Numbered from the stretch's first letter, positions 20,074-30,396 are shown. The stretch is DNA of 64,000 bases from Candidatus Poribacteria bacterium (GCA_965222225.1 CBDCTK010000002.1:64001-128000), one strand, 5' to 3'. Numbers and translations are program-made. Notes: generated by a model not told the origin, from the sequence alone.

Positions 20074-21633
20074 CTATTTGTTGATTAGCATTCGCCGCGT
20101 TGCTTTGAAATCCTTAGTAGACAGCGTATAGAAGTAGAGACCACTTGCCACGGATTCGCCATCTTGGTTGCGGCCGTCCCAATTTGCCGCGCTACTCAAA
20201 TCGACATAGTGCCCCGCGGTCTGATGCCCCAGATCCAGGGAACGTACTAGAACGCCGTTTGCGTCAAAGATTGTGAGACTCACATCCGCGTTGCGCGCGA
20301 GGCGATACGGAATCCACGTCTCCGGGTTAAACGGGTTAGGAAAGTTTTGAAGCAGACGTGTCCGCTTGACCTGTCCCAAGGTTGTCACTTTCAACCCAGT
20401 CGGGTCTACGGCGAAGGGCGGCGTGCCAAAATCTTCTATTGTATTAAAGACATACGCCTGCACGCCGTCACCGTGAGGCCATGTTGGAGCGTCATGCGGT
20501 ATGTTGTGAGCCGAGATAATGGCGGCATTCTCGCTCACGTTAACCGAAAACCCAAAGTGGTAATCTTCGCCCACGTCGTGGGGAACAACCTTTTCCTTTT
20601 GCTGCCAGACACCGTCGGTTCGCACAAATGAGTAAGCCGCGCCTGAACCTACTTTGACATCGTCATCCCAAGGCGCCCCCACAATGGCGATGTTTGGGGT
20701 CATGGCAACACCGGTTCCAAACTTATGCCCCTTCTGTGCATCATTGGGAAGCAGCTTCCCCTGTTCCTTCCAAGTATTGCCGTCAAACTGATAGGTATAA
20801 GCGGCACCGGCGTCCACTTTGGCTTCGGTATCGCGAAACGGAGCCCCTACAATAATGGTTTTCTCGCTCATACTGACGGCAGTGCCGAAACGGTCGGCCT
20901 TTGCGGCGTCGCTAGCCGTCAATTTAGCCTGTTCTGTCCAAACCCCATCCCGCCGCGTAAACACATAGGCAGCACCGGAGAATCTGACGCCATTATGTGA
21001 GTTTCCGTTTGACCCGATGACCGCCGTATTGCCAAGCACGAAGACAGACGATCCGAAAGCATCTCCTTTGGCAGAATCCGAGGGTATGAACTTTGCCTGC
21101 TGTCTCCAGTTGTTTCCCTCCCGGAAATAGACATAGGCTGAACCGGAGTCTCTTTCAACCTCATCGTCCCCTGCTACGCCGACAATGGCGGTATTCCTGT
21201 CGATGGCTACATCCTCGCCAAAGGCGTCGCCCTTTACCGGTCCGTCATAGAGGAGTTTTGCCGCCTGTTTCCAGTTATTTCCGCTTCGATGGAAGATAAA
21301 AGCTGCACCGGCATCGTTCAACTGTGGCGCACCAACTATAATCGCATTCCCACTTATGGAAACACACCAACCAAACCTACCCCTACCGCCGTCCGGGATA
21401 ATTTCCACCTGCTTAACCCATTTCTTTCCTTGCGTCTCGAACACGGTAGCGAATCCGCTTTCAGGAACTCCGACGATCACCGTATCGCCGCTGATGTCGC
21501 TGGACAAGTGTGCTACGCTATGCCCTGCCTCTTCCGCGACAAGCTTCTGTCCAACTTGAGGCGCGGCGTGACCGGCAGTTGCCAAACCAATGAAGAGTAG
21601 TAAACAAATGGCAAACAGACGTACCGATTTCAT
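20074..21633 (-). CDS. Secreted FG-GAP repeat protein with FlgD-like CTD
   Basis: Start moved to MKSVRL (21633) by homology with 21845..23398. Confidence 0.88.
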   Translation of the reverse strand: MKSVRLFAICLLLFIGLATAGHAAPQVGQKLVAEEAGHSVAHLSSDISGDTVIVGVPESGFATVFETQGKKWVKQVEIIPDGGRGRFGWCVSISGNAIIVGAPQLNDAGAAFIFHRSGNNWKQAAKLLYDGPVKGDAFGEDVAIDRNTAIVGVAGDDEVERDSGSAYVYFREGNNWRQQAKFIPSDSAKGDAFGSSVFVLGNTAVIGSNGNSHNGVRFSGAAYVFTRRDGVWTEQAKLTASDAAKADRFGTAVSMSEKTIIVGAPFRDTEAKVDAGAAYTYQFDGNTWKEQGKLLPNDAQKGHKFGTGVAMTPNIAIVGAPWDDDVKVGSGAAYSFVRTDGVWQQKEKVVPHDVGEDYHFGFSVNVSENAAIISAHNIPHDAPTWPHGDGVQAYVFNTIEDFGTPPFAVDPTGLKVTTLGQVKRTRLLQNFPNPFNPETWIPYRLARNADVSLTIFDANGVLVRSLDLGHQTAGHYVDLSSAANWDGRNQDGESVASGLYFYTLSTKDFKATRRMLINK

Positions 21634-21715
21634 GATAAATCTCTTTCTGATTTTACGGTTGCATGATACAAGGCGTAACTTCAGACGCAGGTTCTCCGAT
21701 TCTTGCAACCTAAAC

Positions 21716-21814
21716 CTACTTCAATACACGCATCCTGCGTGTCGCATGGAATGATCGTGCGCGGAGCGAGTAGAAATAGACGCCGCTCGCGACGCCTTCG
21801 CCGAATCGGTCTCT
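21716..21814 (-). pseudogene. Orphan 3' fragment of an FlgD-like CTD (duplication scar)
   Basis: Reads RDRFGEGVASGVYFYSLRARSFHATRRMRVLK*, matching the end of 23480..25117. Confidence 0.8.
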
Positions 21815-21844
21815 GCAGAGCCGGTTTTGCGGATTGGAAAGAAC

Positions 21845-23398
21845 TTATTTTTGGATTAGCATTCGCCGCGTTGCTTTAAAATCGTCAGTGGACAGCGTAT
21901 AGAAATAGAGACCGCCTGCCACGGTTTCGCCATCTTGATTGCGGCCGTCCCAATATGCCGCGCTACTCAAATCGACATAGTGCCCCGCGGTCTGATGCCC
22001 CAGATCCAGGGAACGTACTAGAACGCCGTTTGCGTCAAAGATTGTGAGACTCACATCCGCGTTGCGCGCGAGGCGATACGGAATCCATGTCTCCGGGTTA
22101 AACGGGTTGGGAAAGTTCTGGAGCAAATCTGTCCGTTTTACCTGTCCCAAGGTTGTTACTTTTAGCCCAGTGGGCTTGATGGCAAAGGGAGGCGTGCCAA
22201 AATCCTCTATTGTATTAAAGACGTACGCCTGCACACCGTCACCGTGGGGCCACGTAGGAGCACCATGCGGTATGTTGTGTGCCGAGATAATTGCAGCATT
22301 CTGGCTTACGTTAATCGAAAATCCGAAGTGATAATCTTCGCCCACGTCGTGGGGAACAACCTTCTCCTTCTGTCGCCAGACCCCGTCAGTTCGCACAAAC
22401 GAATAGGCAGCACCTGAACCTACCTCGACGTCATCGTCCCAAGGCGCCCCCACAATGGCGATGTTTGGGGTCATGGCAACACCGGTTCCAAACTTATGCC
22501 CCTTCTGTGCATCATTGGGAAGCAGCTTTCCCTGCTCCTTCCAAGTATTTCCATCAAACAGGTAAGTGTAAGCGGCACCGGCATCCCCTTTGGCTTCAGT
22601 GTCACGAAATGGAGCCCCAACAATGATCGTCTTTTCACTCATACTGACGGCGGTCCCGAAACGGTCCGCTTTTGCGGCGTCGCTAGCCGTCAATTTAGCC
22701 TGTTCTGTCCACACTCCATCTCGCCGCACAAAGACATAGGCGGCGCCACAATATCTGATACCGTTATGTGTGTTTCCGTTTGACCCGACCACTGCCGTAT
22801 TGCCAAGGACGAAGACAGACGATCCGAAAGCGTCTCCTACGGCCGAATCCGAGGGGACGAGTTTCGCCTGCTGTCTCCAGTTATTTCCCTCCCGGAAATA
22901 GATATAGGCTGACCCGGAGTCCCTTCCAACTCCATCGTCCCCTGCTACGCCAACAATGGCGGTATTCCTGTCGATGGCGACATCCTCGCCGAAGTCGTCA
23001 CCATCTGCCGGGTCCTCATGGGCAAGTTTTCCCACCTGTTTCCAGTTGTTTCCACTCCGTATGAAGACAAAAGCCCTACCGGAACCCGCCGTCTCTGGCG
23101 CGCCAATTATAGCCGAGTTCCCGCTGATTGCAACAGACCAACCAACACGTCCGCCGTCGGCGAGAATTTCCCCCTGCTTTTCCCACTTCTTTCCCTTCTT
23201 TTCGAAGATGGCAGCGAATCCCTGTTCAGGTACTCCAACTATTACGGTATCTCCGCTGATGTCGCTAGACAAATGTGCCACGCTGTGCCCTGCCTCCATG
23301 GCGACAAGCTTCTCTCCAACTCGAGGCGCGGTGTGACTTACAGTTGCCAATCCAATGGCAAGTAGAAAACCGATGACCAACAATTGTACCGATTTCAT
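21845..23398 (-). CDS. Secreted FG-GAP repeat protein with FlgD-like CTD
   Basis: Close paralogue of 20074..21633; AAGGAG RBS. Confidence 0.9.
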   Translation of the reverse strand: MKSVQLLVIGFLLAIGLATVSHTAPRVGEKLVAMEAGHSVAHLSSDISGDTVIVGVPEQGFAAIFEKKGKKWEKQGEILADGGRVGWSVAISGNSAIIGAPETAGSGRAFVFIRSGNNWKQVGKLAHEDPADGDDFGEDVAIDRNTAIVGVAGDDGVGRDSGSAYIYFREGNNWRQQAKLVPSDSAVGDAFGSSVFVLGNTAVVGSNGNTHNGIRYCGAAYVFVRRDGVWTEQAKLTASDAAKADRFGTAVSMSEKTIIVGAPFRDTEAKGDAGAAYTYLFDGNTWKEQGKLLPNDAQKGHKFGTGVAMTPNIAIVGAPWDDDVEVGSGAAYSFVRTDGVWRQKEKVVPHDVGEDYHFGFSINVSQNAAIISAHNIPHGAPTWPHGDGVQAYVFNTIEDFGTPPFAIKPTGLKVTTLGQVKRTDLLQNFPNPFNPETWIPYRLARNADVSLTIFDANGVLVRSLDLGHQTAGHYVDLSSAAYWDGRNQDGETVAGGLYFYTLSTDDFKATRRMLIQK

Positions 23399-23479
23399 GG
23401 TGATCTCCTTCCGATTTTACGGTTAGATAGTACGACGCGCCATTTCAGACGCGGTTTCTCATAATCTTGCATTCTTTAC

Positions 23480-25117
23480 CTATTTCAAAACGAGCATTCT
23501 GCGTGTTGCACGGAACGATCCCGCATGGAGTGTGTAGAAATAGACACCACTGGAGACGCCTTCTCCGAATCGATCCCTGCCGTCCCAATAGGCAGCGGTT
23601 TCGCGGTTAAGATAACTCCCGGCTTTTTGGCTTCCGAGATCTAACTCACGCATTAGTTGCCCTCGGACATTGTAGATGGATAAGGATACAGGGGCATCGG
23701 TCGCCAGATGATACGGCAGCCATGTCTCTGGGTTGAAGGGATTGGGGAAGTTTTGAAGCGGTGCAGTGCGCTTGACACTTCCCAATGTTGTCACCTGCAA
23801 TCCATTCGGATCGACAGCATACGGCGGAAGACCGAAGTTCTTTTCCGCGCTATAGACGTACGCCGCCGAACCGTTGCCAAATCCGGGCGCTCCCTCTGCT
23901 GCCGCGCCAGCGGTAACAATAACGGTGTCTCGGCTAATCGAGACCTCGGAACCGAAAACCTGGCCCATCACCGGATCATCGGGCACAATCTTCTCCGTTT
24001 CCTTCCAGACTCCATCAGTGTTTAAGAATGCATAGGCAGCCCCTGAGCCCAGTCCTTCCTCTTCATAGAGCGGAGCGCCAATGACAGCGATTTTTCCAGT
24101 GGTGGCAACACCGGCTCCGAAGTGATCGCCCGCTCGCGAATCGTCACCGACGAGTTTTGCCTGCTGTTTCCACGCGTTTCCTTCGCGCACGAAGACATAG
24201 GCGGCGCCTGCATCTTTTCCGCGTCCGGCATCGTTCAGTGTCGACCCCACAATAATGGTATCCCCATGGACGCCGACTGAAACTCCGAAACGGTCGCTCT
24301 TTGCAGCGTCTTCGGCTGTGATTTTTGCCTCCTCAACCCACCTCTCACCTTGGCGACCAAAGACGTACACGGCGCCGGAGAATCTGATGTCAGCGTGTGT
24401 GTGACCGGGTGCTCCGACGACAATAGTATCTGCCTCAATGGCAACAATCTCTCCGAAGCTGTCTGATCTTGCAGTGTCTCGCGCAACAAGCTTTGCTTGC
24501 TGTTTCCACGTATTCGCGTCTTTAATAAATACATACACGGAACCCGAGTTGGGACCGGCATCATCGTCCTTTGGTACCCCAATGACCGCAGTGGTGTCAT
24601 CGATGTCGACAGCCCAGCCGAAAGCGTCGCCCGATTCCGGGTCTTCGGCTAGAAGTTTCGCCTGCTGTTTCCAATTCTGCGCAGTCTTTCCAAAAACATA
24701 AGCTGCGCCGCCGTCTGCCGCAACACCGCCTTGATGGCCCGATGACGGCGACCCAACGATGGCATAGGTGGGGTCTCCGCGTCCCGGTGGACCGGTGATG
24801 GCGACCGCGAAGCCGAAGGAGGCCTGCCCAGGATTCTCTTTATCACGGTCGCTTCGAATAAGTTGGGCGGTCTCTTCCCACTTGTTGCCGGCCCGTGTGT
24901 AAATCTTGGCGAAGCCATCCGTGTTTAGAAAACCTACCGCATGGGCGCCAATGATAATGGTATCCCCGAGGATATCCGCGGGCATTCGTGCTTTATTGCG
25001 CATTCCGTCAGGGGCTCCAATCAGCTTTACTTCCTTCTGTGCATAGACTGTGTGGTTGACCGCTACTAGAGCAACACTCAAAACCACACTAATGAACGTG
25101 AACTGCAACGTTTTCAT
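23480..25117 (-). CDS. Secreted FG-GAP repeat protein with FlgD-like CTD
   Basis: Signal peptide, FG-GAP repeats, QNFPNPFNPETW. Confidence 0.9.
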   Translation of the reverse strand: MKTLQFTFISVVLSVALVAVNHTVYAQKEVKLIGAPDGMRNKARMPADILGDTIIIGAHAVGFLNTDGFAKIYTRAGNKWEETAQLIRSDRDKENPGQASFGFAVAITGPPGRGDPTYAIVGSPSSGHQGGVAADGGAAYVFGKTAQNWKQQAKLLAEDPESGDAFGWAVDIDDTTAVIGVPKDDDAGPNSGSVYVFIKDANTWKQQAKLVARDTARSDSFGEIVAIEADTIVVGAPGHTHADIRFSGAVYVFGRQGERWVEEAKITAEDAAKSDRFGVSVGVHGDTIIVGSTLNDAGRGKDAGAAYVFVREGNAWKQQAKLVGDDSRAGDHFGAGVATTGKIAVIGAPLYEEEGLGSGAAYAFLNTDGVWKETEKIVPDDPVMGQVFGSEVSISRDTVIVTAGAAAEGAPGFGNGSAAYVYSAEKNFGLPPYAVDPNGLQVTTLGSVKRTAPLQNFPNPFNPETWLPYHLATDAPVSLSIYNVRGQLMRELDLGSQKAGSYLNRETAAYWDGRDRFGEGVSSGVYFYTLHAGSFRATRRMLVLK

Positions 25118-25327
25118 GAGAATCTCCTTTCAATGCTAACGGCCCAGCCAAAATCTTTACATTTGCCCTGTACGTCATACGATAGCGGGTGTTCAATAGC
25201 GCACAGAGCGGCGAAAAATAATCTTGCTCTACGTTCCGTATCACAATGTTAATAGAGCACCTCCATAGCTTACGTCATTATATGCGATTATATGTGGAAT
25301 TCAGTCTCGCCGACCATTTTCGTTTTT

Positions 25328-26911
25328 CTATTTCAAGATGAGCATTTTACGCGTCGCTTGGAATTGGCCGGCCTCCAGGGAGTAGAAATAGACTCCAGTA
25401 GAAACAGTAGTCCCTAACTGGTCTAGCCCGTCCCAATATGCAGCAGTATCGCGGGTCAGATAAGCGCCCTCCTTTTGCACGCCGAGTGCCAACTCGTTTA
25501 TCAGTTGCCCTCGGACGTTGTGGATGCGAATCGAAACGGGAACATCGTTTGCCAAGTAATATGGAAACCACGTCTCCGGGTTGAATGGATTGGGGAAGTT
25601 CTGAAGCAACGCTGTCTGCTTTACCTTTCCCAACGTCGTCACCTGTAGTCCAAACGAATCAACACCGAATGGAGGCGTTCCAAAATCCTCAATGCTACTA
25701 TAGACAAACGCTGCTGCGCCGTCAGCCAATCCGGGTCCGCCCTTGGGTTTACTGTGTGCTGAGACAACCACGGTATTCTCGCTCATCGCCACCCAAAAGC
25801 CAAAAAAGCCGTCTTTTATAGGAATGAGAGGAACAACCTGATTCTTCTCTTCCCAAACGCCGCCTGTCAGGACGAAAGCGTAGGCTGCACCCGATGCGCG
25901 CTGACCTTCGTCCCGCGCTTTAGTGCCTAATACAGCGACTTTTCCGCTTGTGGCGACACCAAAGCCGAGTTGGTCTGCTTTCCGCGCGCTCTTGATTGTC
26001 AGCTTCGCCTCCTGCTTCCAGGTGCCTCCTTCCGGTAAGAATATATAAGCGGCACCGGTGTCAGCGCCACGATCAGTATCGTGCAACGGTGCCCCGACGA
26101 CAATCGTATCCCCGCTCAGGGCGACAGAATGGCCGAAACGGTCGCTTTGTGCTGCATCAGCGGCGGTGAGTTTAGCCTGTTCCACCCACGTCTCTCCCTG
26201 ACGCGCGAACACATAGACGGCACCGGCGAATCTTATCCCGTTATGCGTGTGCCCGGGCGCCCCGACGACGATGGTGTTCTTGCGAACAAAAACGACGTAC
26301 CCAAAGGCGTCGGACCGACCGGAATCTTCTGGAACGAGTTTTGCCTGTAGTTTCCAAGAGCCGTCTAATACAAACACATAAGCTGCGCCAGAGTTGTTAT
26401 CGGCTGCGTCGCTTTTTGGCGCCCCAACTACCGCCGTGATTCTATCCACAGAGACGGCATGTCCGAGATTGTCCGCCGCTCCGCCATCGTCGGCAGTGAG
26501 TTTGGCGCGCTGTTTCCAATCTCCTCCGCTCTTCGTGAAAATGTATGCGCCACCGGAGTCATCCGCTGTTCCATCGTGTTGCGGTGCGCCTACGATCGCG
26601 ATGTTCGCGCCGCCCCGACCAAGCGGACCGTTGACGGCAACCGAGAAGCCGAAGTTGTCTTTATCTCCATCCTTGGCGATAAGATCGAACTTCTCCTCCC
26701 ACTCCCCGCCATTACGTTCATAAATCTTCGCCAGACCGACGTGAGAGTGTACGCCGACAATCACTGTGCCGCGAAAGACCTCAGCACACATCTGTGCCTG
26801 GCCCTCGGCGTCATCCGCGATCAGCATTACTTCCTTCTCGGCGGGATAACCAACGGATGTCAGATGGATACAAAGAAAGGAACTGATCAGGATAAATCGA
26901 GCCGTTTTCAT
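25328..26911 (-). CDS. Secreted FG-GAP repeat protein with FlgD-like CTD
   Basis: Signal peptide, FG-GAP repeats, QNFPNPFNPETW. Confidence 0.9.
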   Translation of the reverse strand: MKTARFILISSFLCIHLTSVGYPAEKEVMLIADDAEGQAQMCAEVFRGTVIVGVHSHVGLAKIYERNGGEWEEKFDLIAKDGDKDNFGFSVAVNGPLGRGGANIAIVGAPQHDGTADDSGGAYIFTKSGGDWKQRAKLTADDGGAADNLGHAVSVDRITAVVGAPKSDAADNNSGAAYVFVLDGSWKLQAKLVPEDSGRSDAFGYVVFVRKNTIVVGAPGHTHNGIRFAGAVYVFARQGETWVEQAKLTAADAAQSDRFGHSVALSGDTIVVGAPLHDTDRGADTGAAYIFLPEGGTWKQEAKLTIKSARKADQLGFGVATSGKVAVLGTKARDEGQRASGAAYAFVLTGGVWEEKNQVVPLIPIKDGFFGFWVAMSENTVVVSAHSKPKGGPGLADGAAAFVYSSIEDFGTPPFGVDSFGLQVTTLGKVKQTALLQNFPNPFNPETWFPYYLANDVPVSIRIHNVRGQLINELALGVQKEGAYLTRDTAAYWDGLDQLGTTVSTGVYFYSLEAGQFQATRKMLILK

Positions 26912-26965
26912 GGTATTAGCCCTTTATGTCAAAGTGCCGAGTGTCGGACGAAAGTTTCAATCGCA

Positions 26966-27838
26966 CTAGAGTCCGCGCTTCACTTTCCCCCAAGTCGTTG
27001 TGAGTTTGTCCGTCGGTTCAACAGCAAATGAGCCGCGCGCGTTCTTGTCAATTTCGTCTGCAGTCAGTGCCCTATCATAGACACGGTAGATAGCGATGGA
27101 GCAGTTGCAGGTCCGAGCTTGCTCGGCTTGACTGTGAGAGAAGATTGCGTGCAGCGACATGTCATGCTTCTTGTTCCACTTGACACCCGTTCCAAACTTC
27201 GCACGTTGTTCGCCGTCTATATAGGTGGTAATTTCATCCCCGCTTTCAAAGACAAAATGCGCCCAGTGCCACTCACCGTTTCCAACCGTAAGTCTCGTCT
27301 TGCCGTTGCCTAAGTCTTCACGTGCCCCGATAGCACCCTGGGCGATACTAACATTCTGAAATTTCCCCTCGCCCCCATCGTCTAACCAGATTCGCACGTT
27401 TTGCACGCTTTCTCTTGGAGATGCCTGCAGTCCGACGAGGTGGTGTTCCTGTGCCAGCAAGCCGCCGTTGACCCGCACCAGCAAGCCCATGGTGAAATCT
27501 TCGAGATTTACGACTGGCGTGTTGTTCCCGGGTGCAGCATTACTGAATGTTGAACCGGATTTCTCGGCGGTGTACCATTTCGTGTTTTCCTTGAAACCGA
27601 TTTTCTTGATCTCAATGACGCCCTCTTCTAGCTTGGGTAGATCGCCGGTGTGTCCAAGTTCTCCACCCGCCTCCCCAGCGTTTCTCCAGGCTTTGTCATT
27701 TCTCCCTTGGTCGGTTTCGACCGGGTTGAAATAGAGGACAGCGCCGGGAACCGCTTGGGCAAATACTGTCGAGCATGTCGAGGCGAGAAGCAAGAGCACA
27801 CCGGCAACAGCGATAGTGGTTGGTATATATTTCAACAT
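26966..27838 (-). CDS. Secreted LamG/concanavalin-like protein with C-terminal AVEPTDKLTTTWGKVK motif
   Basis: GEWHWAHFV, TYIDG, YRVYDRALTADEI. The signal peptide begins at MLKYIP (27838). Confidence 0.8.
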   Translation of the reverse strand: MLKYIPTTIAVAGVLLLLASTCSTVFAQAVPGAVLYFNPVETDQGRNDKAWRNAGEAGGELGHTGDLPKLEEGVIEIKKIGFKENTKWYTAEKSGSTFSNAAPGNNTPVVNLEDFTMGLLVRVNGGLLAQEHHLVGLQASPRESVQNVRIWLDDGGEGKFQNVSIAQGAIGAREDLGNGKTRLTVGNGEWHWAHFVFESGDEITTYIDGEQRAKFGTGVKWNKKHDMSLHAIFSHSQAEQARTCNCSIAIYRVYDRALTADEIDKNARGSFAVEPTDKLTTTWGKVKRGL

Positions 27839-28095
27839 TCTGAAATCCCCCATAAAGAGTTTATTGGTGCTTTGAGTCCATTGTAAATCATGCTGATAGT
27901 TTGTGTTGAAGGCTTTTTGTGGAACCTCCAAAAATGCAGACGCGAACATAGTGTAAGTTTCAGAAACCAAATTTGGGTTATGAGCGAAAAGTCAGCAGAG
28001 ATTGCGGCCATATTTGGATTCTTATTTCTACACCAAAACCATACGGTTGTCAAGACAATTTTGTGTCTTTCTTCGTTCTCTTTGTGTCAAAATTT

Positions 28096-28143
28096 TCCAA
28101 TACACAATTCCTCCAATACACAATTCCTCCAATACACAATTCC
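28096..28143 (+). repeat. 16-bp tandem repeat, 3 copies
   Basis: TCCAATACACAATTCC x3, perfect. Confidence 0.95.
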
Positions 28144-28283
28144 GTTGTAGTGACATTGACCTAATGGTCAAATCCTATTGCAACGCTTGACCCCCTTCGT
28201 ACCGGCGACTGAATGATTCTGCCAATCGCCAACCTTAAACCTCTACCGCTTCGGATAGTGTCAGATTACAGAACTTCACGGGA

Positions 28284-28312
28284 TTGACGCCGCCAAGCGA
28301 TTGCGGTATCAT
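28284..28312 (+). promoter_or_regulatory. Putative sigma70 promoter
   Basis: TTGACG-17 bp-TATCAT upstream of 28428. Confidence 0.5.
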
Positions 28313-28427
28313 TATGGCAGTCCACAATTAATACGGTAGTGCCTTTTCGGCTAGTCAACTTAATACTGCGTATATGCTGCCGTGGAAAGACAATCTTCTT
28401 TAAAACTAACTCCCAAGGAGAAATAGA

Positions 28428-29396
28428 ATGAATTTTAAGGAAAAACTGACATACACCGCGCTTGGCGGAATACTTGTTGTGATAGGTATGATATTGGCAT
28501 CGTTCCTTACCGACCTCAGTGTCGCACAGAATGAACAGAATGATATGTCCATCATGGATGATATGTCCATCATGGAATTCGACGAGATTAAGTGCCGCAG
28601 ACTAAGCATCGTTGATAATAAAGGAAAAACGCACGCCGTTCTGCAAAAGACTTTTGAACGCATGTCTGATACGGCAGATGTCATTCAGATTTACAATGAC
28701 GACCGTCGAATTGTCTACAGCGTAGGATTCGATCGACCGGGAAATGGCGTGTGGAAAGTCAACAACCGCCACGGGAAGAGAGTCATCATGTCTGGAGTGG
28801 AAAGTGATAGTGGTAACGGTTATCTGGAGGTAAAAGGTACAAACGGCGGCGTTGCCGCCGTCACCGCAGGAGACTATGGTGGAGCAATTCATCTATACCA
28901 GCAGGAGGGCGGTGAAGCGAAGGCTATCTTGGGACTCCAGCAAAGTGGAGGCGTCATGCAGGTAGAGGGCACAAATGGTGGCCAGGCGCGAGCTTATGTC
29001 GATGAGAATGGCGGCGGAGTCATGAGCGTAATCGGTCAAGATGGAGGGCCTTCCAAGGCGATGTTAGGTGTTCACGGCGAAACAGGTTTCGTACGGGCAG
29101 ATCGAACGGGGGGCGGTTCGTCTCAAATTCAGGCTGATCGAAACGGCGGCGCCATACAGCTATTCAATTCGCGGGATGGAACCCCGACCACAATGTTGGG
29201 GATCTATGGTGATGGCGGCGGTTTCCTGCGAGTTAAGGGCACAAACGGAGGCGCGGCTGAGGTCAAGGTCGATAAAAATGGCGGATCAGTTGGAGTGTTC
29301 GGGGTTGGAAGCACCGGATCTCAGGCGGCGTTAGGCGTCGGTAAGGATGGAACCGGTGCCGTTTGGATCTGGGACAGGAATGGCATCATGCAGTAG
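28428..29396 (+). CDS. Membrane-anchored or secreted Gly-rich beta-repeat protein
   Basis: N-terminal hydrophobic helix; recurring (V)KGTNGG, GGAI.L and AMLGV units; AAGGAG RBS. Confidence 0.8.
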   Translation: MNFKEKLTYTALGGILVVIGMILASFLTDLSVAQNEQNDMSIMDDMSIMEFDEIKCRRLSIVDNKGKTHAVLQKTFERMSDTADVIQIYNDDRRIVYSVGFDRPGNGVWKVNNRHGKRVIMSGVESDSGNGYLEVKGTNGGVAAVTAGDYGGAIHLYQQEGGEAKAILGLQQSGGVMQVEGTNGGQARAYVDENGGGVMSVIGQDGGPSKAMLGVHGETGFVRADRTGGGSSQIQADRNGGAIQLFNSRDGTPTTMLGIYGDGGGFLRVKGTNGGAAEVKVDKNGGSVGVFGVGSTGSQAALGVGKDGTGAVWIWDRNGIMQ

Positions 29397-29476
29397 CAAT
29401 GGAAGGGCGGAAGAATGGAAGATTGGAAGCGTGGGAGATTTTCACCCACGCAGCCTCAATCCTCTGGAGCGAAAGA

Positions 29477-29730
29477 TTTGAAGCTAACTGTTTGAAGCTA
29501 ACTGTTTGAAACTTAGAATCCGATTGCAAATTCTAGAAGTAGCTTGAAAAGTAGCTTGAAGAACGTCATTTTGTAGTCCTCCGAAATTTCATACTTTTCA
29601 TACTTTTCATACCAAACGGGCATTTTTAGCAGAGGCCAAAAAAGGGTGAAAACTCTTACTACGACTGGCTTCTTGGCAGTTTCGACATTAAAGCGGTTGA
29701 GACGTTGGTATGAAATTTTGGTATGAAACT
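29477..29730. repeat. Cluster of short tandem duplications
   Basis: TTTGAAGCTAACTG x2.4, AAGTAGCTTGAA x2, TTTCATACT x3, TTGGTATGAAA(T/C)T x2. Confidence 0.85.
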
Positions 29731-29988
29731 TTAATTGCCATTCAAACCAGTTGAGATATTAGATTGACGTTTGGAGAAATGTCGTTTAGAGCCTGTTTAC
29801 ACGGTGGGCGACAAAGCCATTTTCGGTTATTTGGACTTCATGCACTTTCGAAGGTCCCATCTGCGATTTGGCAATCGAAGATTCACTCCGGGGCTTGATG
29901 GTCTATTCGTTAAGAGAATAGGTATAAGGAGTGCGTAATTTGACTGCTTGAAAGCACGACAACGTACTGCAGACAATCTCACATGGAG

Positions 29989-30060
29989 GATTTCTATCGC
30001 ACTCACTATTCGTTCGGTTGATTGTTATTCACTCGGTTAATCTATTCGGGTCTTTGATCG
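29989..30060 (+). repeat. 35-bp dispersed element, copy E, plus extra subunits
   Basis: GATTTCTATCGCACTCACTATTCGTTCGGTTGATT then GTTATTCACTCGGTTAATC. Confidence 0.65.
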
Positions 30061-30396
30061 GTTTCGGGTGAATAATTTACTTAGCGAAAGAATCAGTTAG
30101 AGACCCGGAGCAAAAATCTCATCTTGATTTGACGATTGAGATTATTGTGCGTCCTCGTGTATGGCCCCAGAAAGAATTCTAGTTTTCAACGAAAACTCGG
30201 TTTCAGCGTGAATCTCTCTAACCGAAATGGAATTTCAAAGAAGATCGATTTAACCAATGTATATAGTATATATTGTGTTACTGCCTATAAATACATACTA
30301 TATATTGACGTATCGACAAGTTGCTGATAGTGCTAATGCTCACCCAACATGTTAAATGTCCCCACACAGTATGTCATCGAAAATAATGTACCAAAT

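Noticed and set aside
13592-26723. Many plus-strand ORFs up to 283 aa opposite the WD40/FG-GAP genes
   Set aside because: Antisense shadows of repetitive coding sequence.
28096-28143. 16-bp repeat as a mini-CRISPR
   Set aside because: Head-to-tail copies with no spacers.
29786-30125. IS5-like end fragments (TAGAGCCTGTTTACA, TGCAGACAATCTC, TAGAGACCCGG)
   Set aside because: The inverted match is only about 9/13, with no clear target duplication or transposase.
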